Source of the DNA: Squalus acanthias
Lineage: Eukaryota
Direction of reading: 5' to 3'
Assembly (NCBI GenBank): GCA_030390025.1
Contig: JASTWF010000035.1
Span: 3,906,001-3,970,000, forward strand
Length of the DNA stretch: 64,000 bases
In this document: in pieces, positions 11,826-24,176 of the stretch
How the letters are laid out: each line of letters opens with the position of its first letter
Position numbering within the stretch: the first letter of the stretch is position 1
Made by a program: the position numbers and the translations under genes
The notes under the pieces: model-generated
Databases searched by the model: none
The model's input: the letters and a program-made list of their open reading frames with translations, nothing else
Told to the model about the DNA's origin: nothing

Positions 11826-13625
11826 TTATCTGAGGAGTTGTGAATGGCGCTGAACACTGTGCAATCATCAGCGAACATCCCCACTTCTGACCTTATGATG
11901 GAGGGAAGGTCATTGATGAAGCAACTGAAGATGGTTGGCCCTAGGACACTGCCCTGAGGAACTCCTGCAGCTGATGTCCTGGGGCTGTGATGTTTGATCT
12001 CCAACCACCACAACCAGTTTCCTTTGTGCTAGGTATGAGTCCAGCCATGGAGAGTTTTCCCCCTGATTCTCATTGACTTCAGTTTTACTAGGGCTCCTTG
12101 ATGCCACACTCGGTCAAATGCTGCCTTGATGTCAAGGGCAATCATATTCACCTCACTTCTGGAATTCAACTCTTTTGTCCATGTTTGGACCAAGGCTGTA
12201 ATGAGGTCTGGAGCCAAGTGGTCCTGGCAGAACCCAAACTGGGCATTGGTGAGCAGGTTATTGGTGAGTAAAAAGTGCCACTTGATAGCACTGTCGACGA
12301 CACCTTCCATCACTTTGCTGATGATTGAGTAGACTGATGGGGCAGTAACTGGCCGGATTCGATTTGTCCTGCTTTTTGTGGGCAGGACATACCTGGGCAG
12401 TTTTCCACATTGTCAGATAGATGCCAGTGTTGTAGCTGTACTGGAACAGCTTGGCTAGAGGCGCGGCTAGTTCTGGAGCACAAGTCTTCAGCACGATAGC
12501 CAGGATGTTGTCGGGGCCCATAGACTTTGCTGTATCCAGTGCACTCAGCCGTTTCTTGATATCACCTGGAGTGAATCGAATTGGCTGAAGACTGGCTTTT
12601 GTGATGTCAGGAGGAGGCCGATATGGATCATCACTCGGCACTTCTGGCTGAAGAAGGTTGCAAACGCCTCAGCCTTGTCTTTTGCATTCATGTGCTGGGC
12701 TCCACCATCATTGAGGATGAGGATATTCATGGAGCCTCCTCCTCCCGTTAGTTGTTTAATTGTCCACCAGCATTCACGACTGGATGTGGCAGGACTGCAG
12801 AATTTTGATCTGATCCCTTGATCTGTCTGTATCATGCTGCTTCCGCTGTTTAGCATGTTGTCCTGTTGCAGCTTTCCCAGGTCGGCACCCATTTTTAGGT
12901 ACGCCTGGTGCTACTCCTGATTGAACCAGGGTTGGTCTCTGGCTTGGTGGTAATGGTAGAGTGAGGGATATGCCGGGCCATGAAGTTACAGATTGTGGTG
13001 GAATACAATTCTGCTGTTGCTGATGGCCCATCGCGCCTCATGGATGCCCAGTTTTGAGCTGCTAGATCTGGTCTGATCTGAATCTATTCCATTTAGCACG
13101 GTGATAGTGCCACACAACACGATGGAGGGTGACCTAGTGTCTTCGTCTCCACAATGTTCGGTGCTCACTGCTACCAATACTGTCAGAGACAGATTTTTTT
13201 TTCCTTTATTGGATGTGGGCGTCGCTGGCAAGGCCAGCATATATTGCCTTAAGACCAGCTTGCTGGGCCATTTCAGAGGGCAGTTAAGAGTCAACCACAT
13301 TGCTGTGTGTCTGGAGTCACATATAGGCCAGACCGGGTAAGGATGGCAGATTTCCTCCCATAAAGGACATTAATGAACCAGGTGGGCTTTTACAACAAAT
13401 CCGGAAGTTTCATGGTCACCATTACTGATACTAGCTTTTTAATCCAGATTTATTAACTGAATTTAAATTCCCCAGCTGCCGTGGTGGGATTTGAATTTCT
13501 GTCTCCGGATCATTAGTCCAGTAACATAACCACTATGCTACCATACCCCTTATCTTACCCTAGATGCTTCTGCGACTGGTAGATTGGTGAGGACGAGGTC
13601 AAGTAGGTTTTTCCCTTGTGTTGGT
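11826..13625 (-). mobile_element. Family Z LINE ORF2 fragment, degraded, containing a SINE
   Basis: DIKAAFDRVWHQGALVKL, MGPDNI and FADD motifs spread over several frames. Confidence 0.82.
13195..13561 (-). mobile_element. tRNA-derived SINE sharing its 3' end with family Z LINE
   Basis: A box TAGCATAGTGG and B box AATTCAAATCC on minus strand; 3' end ATGCTGGCCTTGCCAGCGACGCCCACATCC plus A-rich tail; AGAT duplicated at 13191-13194 / 13562-13565. Confidence 0.8.
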
Positions 13626-13967
13626 TCATATCATAGAATCATAGAAATTTACAGCACAGAAGGAGGCCATTTCGTCCCATTGCGTCTGTGCCGGCCGACA
13701 AAGAGCTCTCCAGCCTAATCCCACTTTCCAGAACTTGGTCCGTAGCCCTGCAGGTTACGGCACTTCAAGTGCATATCCAAGTACTTTTTAAATGTGATGA
13801 GGGTTTCTGCCTCTACCACCCTTTCAGGCAGTGAGTTCCAGACTCCCACCACCCTCTGGGTGAAGAAATTTCTCCTCAAATGCCCTCTAAACCTTCCCCC
13901 AGTTACTTTAAATCTATGCCCCCTGGTTATTGACCTCTCTGCTAAGGGAAATAGGTCCTTCCTATCC
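13626..13967 (-). mobile_element. CR1 3' end fragment
   Basis: FFTQRVVG.WNSLP-coding end and (TTCTATGA)n tail. Confidence 0.85.
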
Positions 13968-15010
13968 TCCTCTTCTTCTTCTTAGGCAATCCCTCGGAAC
14001 CGAGGATGACTTGCTTCTACACTAAAAATCAGTTCTCAGGTGTCTGATGAGTCCAATGCGGGACCTACAGTCTCTGTCACAGGTGGGGCAGACGGCGGGT
14101 GGGTGGGGTGCTTGGGTTGACATGTGCTCCTTCCGCTGTTTCCCGACGAAGAGACTCGAGGTGTTCGGCGCCTTCCCGGATGCTTCTCCTCCACTTTGTG
14201 CGGTCTTGGCCAGGGATTCCCAGGTGTCGGTGGGGATGTTGCACTTTTTCAAGGAGGCATTGAGGGTGTCTTTGAAGCGTTTCCTCTGCCCACCTGGGGC
14301 TCTCTTGCCGTGTCGGAGCTCCGAGTAGAGCACTTGTTTTGGGAGTCTCGTATCGGGCATGCAGATGATGTGGCCCGTCCATCGGAGCTGATCGAGCGTG
14401 GTCAAAGCTTCGATGCTGGGGATGTTGGCCTGAGCGAGAACACTGACGTTGGTGCCCCTATCCTGCCAATGGATTTGCAGGATCTTGCGGAGGCAGCGTT
14501 GGTGGTACCTCTCCAGTGCGTTGAGGTGCCTGCTGTACATGGTCCATGTCTCTGAAGCATACAGGAGGGCGGGTATCACTACTGTTCTGTAGACCATGAA
14601 CTTGGTGCTGGGTTTGAGGTCCTGGTTTGAAACACTCTCTTCCTCAGGCGACCAAAGGCTGCACTGGCACACTGAAGGCGGTGTTGGACTTCGTCATCGA
14701 CGTCTGCCCTTGTTGACAGTAGGCTCCCGAGGTATGGAAAGTAGTCCACGTTGTCCAAGGCCTCGTCATGGATTTTGATCATCGGGGAGCAGTACTGTGT
14801 GGCGGGGGCAGGTTAATAGAGGACCTTTGTCTTACGGATGTTTAGTGTAAGGCCCATGCTCTCGTATGCTTTGGTGAAGGTGTTGACGATGGTTTGGAGT
14901 TCGGCCTCAGAGTGTGCGCAGACGCAAGCATCATCTGAATACTGTAATTCGATGACAGGGGATGGGACAACCTTGGATCTGGACTTGAGGCGACGGAGGT
15001 TGAGCAGTTT

Positions 15011-16855
15011 AGATTTGTGAAGAGAAAAAGATTGGTGACGTCAAGCGTAGGTCCCTTACAGTCAGAATCAGGGGAATTTATAATGGGGAACAAAGAAGTG
15101 GCATACCAATTAAATACATACTTTGGTTCTGTCTTCACAAAGGAGGACACAAATAAGCTCCCAGAGATGTCAGGGAACATAGGGTCTAATGAAAGGGAGG
15201 AATTGAATGAAATCACTATTTGTAGGGAAATGGTGTTAGGGAAATTGACGGGATTGAAGGCCGATAAATCCCCAGGGCCTGATAATCTACATCCTAGGGT
15301 ACTTAAGGAAGTGGCCCTAGAAATACTAGATGCATTGCTGGTCATCTTCCAAAATTCTATAGACTCTGGAACAGTTCCCATGGATTGGAGGATAGCTAAT
15401 GTAACCCCACTATTTAAAAAAGGTGGGAGAGAGAAAACGGGGAACTATAGACCGGTAAGTCTGACATCGGTAGTGGGGAAAATGCTAGAGTCCATTATAA
15501 AAGATGTAATAACAGAGCACTTGGAAAACAGTGACAGGATCGGACAAAGTCAACATGGATTTACAAAAGGTGAATCATGCTTGAATAATCTACTGGAATT
15601 TTTTGAGGATGTAACTGATAGAATAGATAAGGGAGAACCAGTGGATGTGGTGTATTTGGACTTTCAGAAGGCTTTCGATAAAGTCCCGCAAAAGAGATTA
15701 GCGTGCAAAGTTAAAGCACATGGGATTGGGGGTAAGTAACTGTCTTGGATAGAGAACTGGTTGGCAGACAGGAAGCAAAGAGTTGGAACAAACGGGTCTT
15801 TTTCCGAGTGGCATGCAGTGACTAGTGAGGTACCGCAGGGATCGGGGCTAGGACCCCAGTTATTCACAATATACATTAATGATCTAGACGAGGGAACTAG
15901 ATGTAATATCTCCAAGTTTGCAGACGACACAAAGCTGGGTGGGCATGTGTGCTGTGAGGAGGATGCAGAGAAACTCCAGGATGATTTGGACAGGTTGGGT
16001 GATTGGGCAGATGCATGGCAAATGCAGTATAATGTGGATAAATGCAAAGTTATCCACTTCGGTGGCAAAAACAGGAAGACAGATTATTATCTGAACGGCA
16101 ATAGATTGGGAAAAGGGGAAGTGCAACGAGATCTGGGTGTCCTTGCGCACCAGTCGCTGAAGGTAAGCATGCAGGTGCAGCAGGCGGTTAAGAAGGCAAA
16201 TGGTATGTTGGCCTTCATAGCGAGAGGATTCGAGTACAGGAGCAAGGATGTCTTGCTGCAGTTGTACAGGGCCTTGGTGAGACCACACCTTGAGTATTGT
16301 GTGCAGTTTTGGTCACCTTATCTGAGGAAGGATGTTCTTGCCATGGAGAGAGTGCAGCGAAGATTCACCAGATTGATACCTGGGATGGCAGGAATGACGT
16401 ATGAAGAGAGATTGGGTCGATTAGGCTTATATTCGCTAGAGTTTAGAAGAATGAGAGGGGATCTCATTGAAACTTATAAAATTCTAACAGGACTAGACAG
16501 ACTAGATGCAGGAAGGATGTTCCCTATGGCGGGGGAGTCCAGAACCAGGTGTCACAGTCTAAGGATAAGGGGTAAGCCATTTAGGACTGAGATGAGGAGG
16601 AATTTCTTTACCCAGAGAGTGGTGAACCTGTGGAATTCTCTACCACAGAAGGCAGTTGAGGCCAATTCATTAAATATATTCAAGAAGGAGTTAGATATAT
16701 TTCTTAAGGCTAAAGGTATCAAGGGATGTGGGGAGAAAGCAGGGACAGGATACTTAATTTGGATGATCAGCCATGATCTCAGTAAATTGCAGAACAGGCT
16801 CGAGGGGCCGAATGGCCTACTCCTGCTCCTATCTTCTATGTTTCTATGTTTCTAT
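15011..16855 (+). mobile_element. 5'-truncated CR1 (family Y) inserted in RTE
   Basis: RT ORF with one stop at 15737-15739, (TTCTATGT)n tail; GTTT duplicated at 15007-15010 / 16856-16859, and the RTE sequence resumes. Confidence 0.93.
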
Positions 16856-18266
16856 GTTTCCCGTTTGTTCTGTAGATTAGCTCCACTCCAGCAGGGAGCT
16901 TACTGAGGGTGAGATGGAGCATTGCAGCCAGGAAGATCAAGAAGAGCGTTGGTGCGATGACACAGCCTTGCTTGACCCCGGTACATATGTGAATTGGGTC
17001 TGTGATGGATCCGTTGGTCAGGATCACAGTTTGCATGTCATCGTGAAGCAGGCGGAGGATGGTGACCAACTTTTGAGAGCAGCCAAATTTGAGGAGGACA
17101 CTCCATAATCCCTCATGGTTGACGATGTCGAAGGCCTTTGTGAGGTCAAAGAAGGCCATGTACAGCAGTTGGTGCTGTTCCCTGCATTTCTCTTGTAGTT
17201 GACGTGCAGTGAAGATCATGTCCATTGTGCTCCTTAGTGGGCGGAATCCACATTGCGACTCTGGGAGGAGCTCTTCAGCCACTGGGAGAAGGCGATTGAG
17301 GAGGATTCTTGCGATGACCTTCCCTGTGGCAGACAGCAGGGAGACTCCTCTGTAATTACCGCAATCGGACTTGTCACCTTTCTTGAAGATGGTCACGATT
17401 ACGGCATCTCTGAGATACCCTGGCATGCTCTCCTCCTTCCAAATAAGTGAAATGAGTTCATGTATTCGCGCCAATAGTGCTTCTCCGCCATGCTTTAGTG
17501 CCTCAGCGGGGATTCCATCTGCTCCTGAGGCCTTGTTGTTCATCAGTTGTCGGATAGCCTTTTCAACCTCATGCCGGGCTGGGGTTGTGCTGAGATGGTG
17601 GTGGGTAGCATGCTGCGGGATGGAGTTGAGGACACTCGCGTCGAAGACAGAGTCTCAGTTGAGGAGATCTTCGAAGTGCTCTCCTTCCAGCGGGTACTGA
17701 CTGCCTCTCTGTCCTTGATGAGTACCTTTCCGTTCTTGGCCCGCAGTGGGGTAGGATCTTGGGTGCTTGGGCCGTAGGTGGTCTTGACTGCGCTAAAGAA
17801 TCCACGCACGTCGTGGTTGTCGGCTAGCTGCTGGATCTCCTGCGCTTTCTCCACCCACCATCTGTTCTTTAGGTTGCGAGTTTTTTGTTGGACCTCGGCC
17901 TTCAGGCGTCTGTAGAGCTGCTTTCTTGCTCTCGAGATCTGTTGCTGTTTCCAGATCAGGAATGCCTTGCGCTTGCGGCTTATTAGCTCCTGGATCTCCT
18001 GGTCATTCGCGTCGAACCAGTCTTGGTGTTTCCTGGTTGAGTGACCGAGCGTCTCTTCACAGGTGCTGATTATGGAAGCCTTGAGTACAGACCAGGTGCT
18101 GTGGACACTCTGTGTCTCTGAATCACTGGGAGTCGTCAGGTTGGTTGTGAGGCGCAGGCTGAATAGGGCTTTCCTAGCAGGATCTTTGAGTACACCAGCG
18201 TTGATTTTCCAGCGGCATTGCTTCTGTTGCTACCACTGTTTTGGGGCTACATTGATGGAGATGACA

Positions 18267-19171
18267 TAGAAGCATAGAAGATAGGAGCAGGAGTAGGCCA
18301 TTCGGCCCCTCGAGCCTGCTCCTCCATTTAATGAGATCATGGCTGATCATCCAAATTCAGTCCCCTGTCCCTGCTTTCTCCCCATATCCCTTGATCCCTT
18401 TAGCCTTAAGAAATATATCTATCTCCTTCTTGAATATATTTAATGAATTGGCCTCAACTGCCTTCTGTGGTAGAGAATTCCATAGGTTCACCACTCTCTG
18501 GGTGAAGAAATTCCTCCTCATCTCAGTCCTAAAAGACTTACCCCTTATCCTTAGACTGTGACCTCTGGTTCTGGACTCCCCCGCCATCGGGAACATCCTT
18601 CCTGCATCTAGTCTGTCTAGTCCTGTTAGAATTTTATAAGTTTCAATGAGATCCCCTCTCATTCTTCTAAACTCTAGCGAATATAAGCCTAATCGACCCA
18701 ATCTCTCTTCATACGTCATTCCTGCCATCCCAGGTATCAGTCTGGTAAATCTTCGCTGCACTCCCTCCATGGCAAGAACATCCTTCCTCAGATAAGGCGA
18801 CTAAAACTGCACACAATACTCAAGGTGTGGTCTCACCAAGGCCCTGTAAAACTGCAGCAAGACATCCTTGCTCCTGTACTCGAACCCTCTCGCTACGAAG
18901 GCCAACATACCATTTGCCTTCTTAACCGCCTGCTGCAACTGCATGCTTACCTTCAGCGACTGGTGCGCAAGGACACCCAGATCTCAGTGCACTTCCCCTT
19001 CTCCCAATCTATTGCTGTTCAGATAATAATCTGTCTTCCTGTTTTTGCCATCAAAGTGGATAACCTCGCGTTTATCCACATTATACTGCATCTGCCATGC
19101 ATCTGCCCAATCACCCAACCTGTCCAAATCATCCTGGAGTTTCTCTGCATCCTCCTCACAGCACACACGCC
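18267..19171 (-). mobile_element. 5'-truncated CR1 (family Y) inserted in RTE
   Basis: 3' ORF2 and tail; TSD ATGACA at 18261-18266 / 19172-19177. Confidence 0.92.
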
Positions 19172-20217
19172 ATGACAGAGCGGATTAGGCGGTGGTCTGT
19201 CCAGCAGTCATCAGCTCCTGTCATGGCGCGGGTGATGTGGACGTCCTTGCGGTCCCTCGCTCAGATGATGACGTCCAGCAGATGCCAGTGCTTGGAGCGA
19301 GGGTGTTGCCATGAAGTCTGGTACTTGTCTCTCTGACGGAACAAGGTGTTGGTTATGACAAGGCCATGTTCTAAGCATTTCCTCAGGAGGAGAGTACCAT
19401 TGGAGTTGTCTTTCCCTACCCCCTCTCTGCCGATCACACCTCCCCAGAGGTCTATGTCCTTTCCAACTCTGGCGTTAAAGTTGCCAAGGCGGATCAGCTT
19501 GTCGCCCGTTGGGACTCGGGACAGGGATTGTTCGAGGCTGGAGTAGAATTCCTCTTTGGTCTCGTCTGTGGCTTCCAGTGTTGGGGCGTACGCACTGATG
19601 ACCGTAGCGCACTGGTTCCGGGTTAGGGTGAGCTGAAGAGTCATGAGGCGTTCGTTTATTCCAAAAGGAGAGTCTCTGAGATGTTCAACTAGCTCATTTT
19701 TTATGGCGAAGCCTACCCCATGGAGACAGCGTTCTTCTTCAGGTTTGCCTTTCCAGAAGAAGGTGTAACCACCACCTTGCTCCTTGAGCTGGCCTTCCCC
19801 TGCCCGCTGGGTCTCGCTTAGGGCGGCAATGTCTATGTCGAAACGTCTGAGCTCCCGGACAACGATAGCAGTACGGCGTTCTGATCTGTCGCTGTTGGGG
19901 TTGTCCATGAGGGTCCCGACGCTCCAGGTCCCGAACTTCATCTTAAAGAGTGGAAGATGCCTGTGCGTGAATTCTTTTAACGTGGGGTGGCCGTTGCACA
20001 CCAGCTACCACACGGGCTTGACAGAGCAAGGCCTTGGTCCAATGGCAAGGGGATCCAAGACGATTGGAGACCAGGCTCTGCTACATCGGCCTAGCACACA
20101 CACACAAACATACTCCTACTATCCTCCTCCCTCCTTCCCGCAGGTCCTCTCTGCCTGGGTTTCATAGGCTGCAGTGTGGTCCTCCCGACCCTGCTGCTGG
20201 TCCACGCTGCGCCGCCC

Positions 20218-20404
20218 CTGGGCCTCGACCTCGCTGCTGGGCACCGTCTTCACGCCTGGGTCTCGACCTCACTCCTGGGCCTCGACCTCGCCCCTGGGCC
20301 TCGTCCTCGCTCCTGGGTCTCGACCTCACTCCTGGGCCCCGTCCTCGCCCCTGGGCCTCGTCCTCGCTCCTGGGCCTCGACCTCACTCCTGGGTCCTGAC
20401 CTCC
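20218..20404. repeat. 19-bp GC-rich tandem repeat (about 10 units) at the RTE 5' end
   Basis: Consensus CTGGGCCTCG(A/T)CCTC(G/A)C(T/C)C. Confidence 0.85.
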
Positions 20405-20409
20405 TTATA

Positions 20410-22436
20410 GTGTGTCTCCTTCCAGTGAGTGTGTCCCGCGGTGTCCCCTTCCAGTGAACGTGTCCCGTGGTGTCTCCTTCCAGTGAGTGTGTCCCGCGGT
20501 GTCTCCTTCCAGTGAGTGTGTCCCGCGGTGTCTCCTTCCAGTGAGTGTGTCCCGCGGTGTCTCCTTCCAGTGAACGTGTCCCGCGGTGTCTCCTTCCAGT
20601 GAGTGTGTCCCGCGGTGTCTCCTTCCAGTGAATGTGTCCCGCGGTGTCCCCTTCCAGTGAACGTGTCCCGTGGTGTCTCCTTCCAGTGAGTGTGTCCCGC
20701 GGTGTCTCCTTCCAGTGAGTGTGTCCCGCGGTGTCTCCTTCCAGTGAATGTGTCCCGCGGTGTCCCCTTCCAGTGAACGTGTCCCGTGGTGTCTCCTTCC
20801 AGTGAATGTGTCCCGCGGTGTCCCCTTCCAGTGAACGTGTCCCGTGGTGTCTCCTTCCAGTGAGTGTGTCCCGCGGTGTCTCCTTCCAGTGAGTGTGTCC
20901 CGCGGTGTCTCCTTCCAGTGAGTGTGTCCCGCGGTGTCTCCTTTCAGTAAGTGTGTCCCGCGGTGTCTCCTTCCAGTGAGTGTGTCCCGCGGTGTCTCCT
21001 TCCAGTGAGTGTGTCCCGCGGTGTCTCCTTTCAGTAAGTGTGTCCCGCGGTGTCTCCTTTCAGTAAGTGTGTCCCGCGGTGTCTCCTTCCAGTGAGTGTG
21101 TCCCGCGGTGTTTCCTTCCAGTGAGTGTGTCTCGCGGTGTCTCCTTCCAGTGAGTGTGTCCCGCGTTGTCTCCAGTGAGTGTGTCCCGCGGTGTCTCCTT
21201 CCAGTGAGTGTGTCCCGCGGTGTCTCCAGTGAGTGTGTCCCGCGGTGTCTCCTTCCAGTGAGTGTGTCCCGCGGTGTCTCCAGTGAGTGTGTCCCGTGGT
21301 GTCTCCTTTCAGTAAGTGTGTCCCGCGGTGTCTCCTTCCAGTGAGTGTGTCCCGCGGTGTCTCCAGTGAGTGTGTCCCGCGGTGTCTCCTTCCAGTGAGT
21401 GTGTCCCGCGGTGTCTCCTTCCAGTGAGTGTGTCCCGCGGTGTCTCCTTCCAGTGAGTGTGTCCCGCGGTGTCTCCTTCCAGTGAGTGTGTCCCGCGGTG
21501 TCTCCTTTCAGTAAGTGTGTCCCGCGGTGTCTCCTTCCAGTGAGTGTGTCCCGCGGTGTCTCCTTCCAGTGAGTGTGTCCCGCGGTGTCTCCTTTCAGTA
21601 AGTGTGTCCCGCGGTGTCTCCTTTCAGTAAGTGTGTCCCGCGGTGTCTCCTTCCAGTGAGTGTGTCCCGCGGTGTCTCCTTCCAGTGAGTGTGTCTCGCG
21701 GTGTCTCCTTTCAGTAAGTGTGTCCCGCGGTGTCTCCTTTCAGTAAGTGTGTCCCGCGGTGTCTCCTTTCAGTAAGTGTGTCCCGCGGTGTCTCCTTCCA
21801 GTGAGTGTGTCCCGCGGTGTTTCCTTCCAGTGAGTGTGTCTCGCGGTGTCTCCTTCCAGTGAGTGTGTCCCGCGTTGTCTCCAGTGAGTGTGTCCCGCGG
21901 TGTCTCCTTCCAGTGAGTGTGTCCCGCGGTGTCTCCAGTGAGTGTGTCCCGCGGTGTCTCCTTCCAGTGAGTGTGTCCCGCGGTGTCTCCAGTGAGTGTG
22001 TCCCGTGGTGTCTCCTTTCAGTAAGTGTGTCCCGCGGTGTCTCCTTCCAGTGAGTGTGTCCCGCGGTGTCTCCAGTGAGTGTGTCCCGCGGTGTCTCCTT
22101 CCAGTGAGTGTGTCCCGCGGTGTCTCCAGTGAGTGTGTCCCGCGGTGTCTCCTTCCAGTGAGTGTGTCCCGCGGTGTCTCCAGTGAGTGTGTCCCGCGGT
22201 GTCTCCTTCCAGTGAGTGTGTCCCGCGGTGTCTCCAGTGAGTGTGTCCCGTGGTGTCTCCTTTCAGTAAGTGTGTCCCGCGGTGTCTCCTTCCAGTGAGT
22301 GTGTCCCGCGGTGTCTCCTTCCAGTGAGTGTGTCCCGCGGTGTCTCCTTCCAGTGAGTGTGTCCCGCGGTGTCTCCTTCCAGTGAGTGTGTCCCGCGGTG
22401 TCTCCTTCCAGTGAGTGTGTCCCGCGGTGTCTCCAG
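20410..22436. repeat. 29-bp minisatellite (about 70 units, with 25-bp variants)
   Basis: Unit CCAGTGAGTGTGTCCCGCGGTGTCTCCTT head-to-tail; some units lack CCTT and some carry TCAGTAAG. Confidence 0.97.
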
Positions 22437-24176
22437 TTTCGTGACCAGTCTGCCATGTGGGACCTTGTCAAAAGCCTTGCTAAAATCCATATAGACAATC
22501 AAGTTAGTCAGACACGACCTTCTCTTAACAAATCCATGCTGACTGTCCCGGATTAATCCGTGTCTTTCTAAATGATGATTTATACTGTCCCTCAGAATTT
22601 TTTCCAATAATTTTCCCACCACCGAGGTTAGGCTGACTGGCCTGTAATTATTCAGTCTATCCCTTTCTCCCTTTTTAAACAACGGTACCACGTTAGCAGT
22701 CCTCCAGTCCTCCAGCACCACACCTGTAGCCAGAGAGGATTGGAAAATGATAGTCAGGGCCTCTGCTAGTAACTCTCTTACTTCTCTTAACAGTCTAGGA
22801 TACATTTCATCCATGCCTGGGGATTTATCCACTTTCAAAGATGCTAAACCCCTTAATACTTCCTCTTTCACTATGTTTATTTCATCTCATATTTCACACT
22901 CCTCCTCCTGAACTTCAATGTCTGCATCGTCCCTCTCTTTTGTGAAAACAGATGCAAAGTATTCATTAAGAACCATACCCACGTCTTCTGCCTCCACACA
23001 CAGATTACCTTTATGGTCCCTAATAGGCCCTACTCTTACTTTAGTTATCCTCTTGCTCTTAATGTATTTATAAAACATCTTTGGGTTTTCCTTGATTTTA
23101 CTTGCCAATATTTTTTCATGCCCTCTCTTTGCTTTCCTAATTTCCTTTTTAATTTCACCCCTGCACTTGCTATACTCCTCTAGGCTTTCTGCAGTATTGA
23201 GTCCTCGGTATCTGTCATAAGCTTCCCTTTTTTTCTTTATCCTACCCTGTATGTCCCTTGATATCCAGGGAGCTCTAGATGTTTTAGTCCCACCCTTTTT
23301 CTTTAAGGGAACATACTTGCTCTGAACCCTCACTATCTCCTCCTTGAATGGCTCCCACTGCTCTGACACTGATTTACCTTCAAGTTCTGTCTCCAGTCCA
23401 CTTTGGCTAAATCACCTCTCAGCTTAGTAAAATTAGCTTTTCCCCAATTGAGAACTTTTATTCCTGGTCTATCTTTGTCCTTTTCCATAACTACCCTAAA
23501 TCTAACTGAATTATGATCACTTCCCCAATATGCTCTCCCACTGATACCCTTTCCATCTGCCCAGCTTCATTCCCTAAAACTAAGTCCAGAACCACCCCCT
23601 CTCTTGTTGGGCTTGCTACGCACTGGCTAAAAAATTCTCCTGAATGCATTTTAAGAATTCTGCTCCCTCCATACCTTTCACACTAATTTTATCCCAGTTA
23701 ATATTAGGGAAGTTGAAATCCCCTACTATTACTGCCCTATTTTTGCACGTCTCAGAAATTTGTCTACATATTTGCTCTTCTATCCCCCTTTGACTGTTTG
23801 GGGGTCTATAGTACACTCCCAGCAGTGTGATTGCCCCTTTTTTGTTTTTCAGTTCAACCCATATGGCCTCATTTGATGATCCTTCTAAGATATCCTCCCT
23901 CCTCACAGCTGTAATTGTTTCTTTAATCAATATTGCGACCCCCCCCCTCCTTTTTTATCCCCCTCTCTATCCCGTCTGAAAACCCTGTAACCAGGAATGC
24001 TGAGCTGCCATAACTGCCCTTCTTTCAGCCATTTCTCAGTAATAGCTATAACACCATACTCCCACGTGTCTATCTGTGGGCTCAGCTCATCTGCCTTATT
24101 CCTGAGACGCCTTGCGTTGACGTATATACCATTTAGCACTGCCAAACTCCCTGTTGTCTATTTTCTAGCCTTTGTT
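22437..24176 (-). mobile_element. CR1 ORF2 fragment (APE to early RT), continuing at 31109-31267 across a nested stack
   Basis: IYVNAR, GDFNFP and QHGF motifs with frameshifts; joining 24176 to about 31113 restores sequence that is contiguous in the sister copy at about 62790-62860. Confidence 0.88.

Larger units (their letters stand above)
13971..20405 (-). mobile_element. Full-length RTE-clade LINE, decayed, interrupted by two CR1 insertions
   Basis: KFGTW..., ISAYAPT, GVKQGC, LLYASETWT and C-terminal CxxC motifs; (GAA)n tail at 13971-13983; 5'UTR matches the copy at 32214. Confidence 0.93.

Noticed and set aside
20410..22436. CRISPR array (29-bp repeats)
   Set aside because: Units are contiguous with no unique spacers, there are no cas genes, and the context is eukaryotic TE DNA.
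21096..22498. ORFs within the 29-bp array
   Set aside because: Periodic by-products of the repeat.
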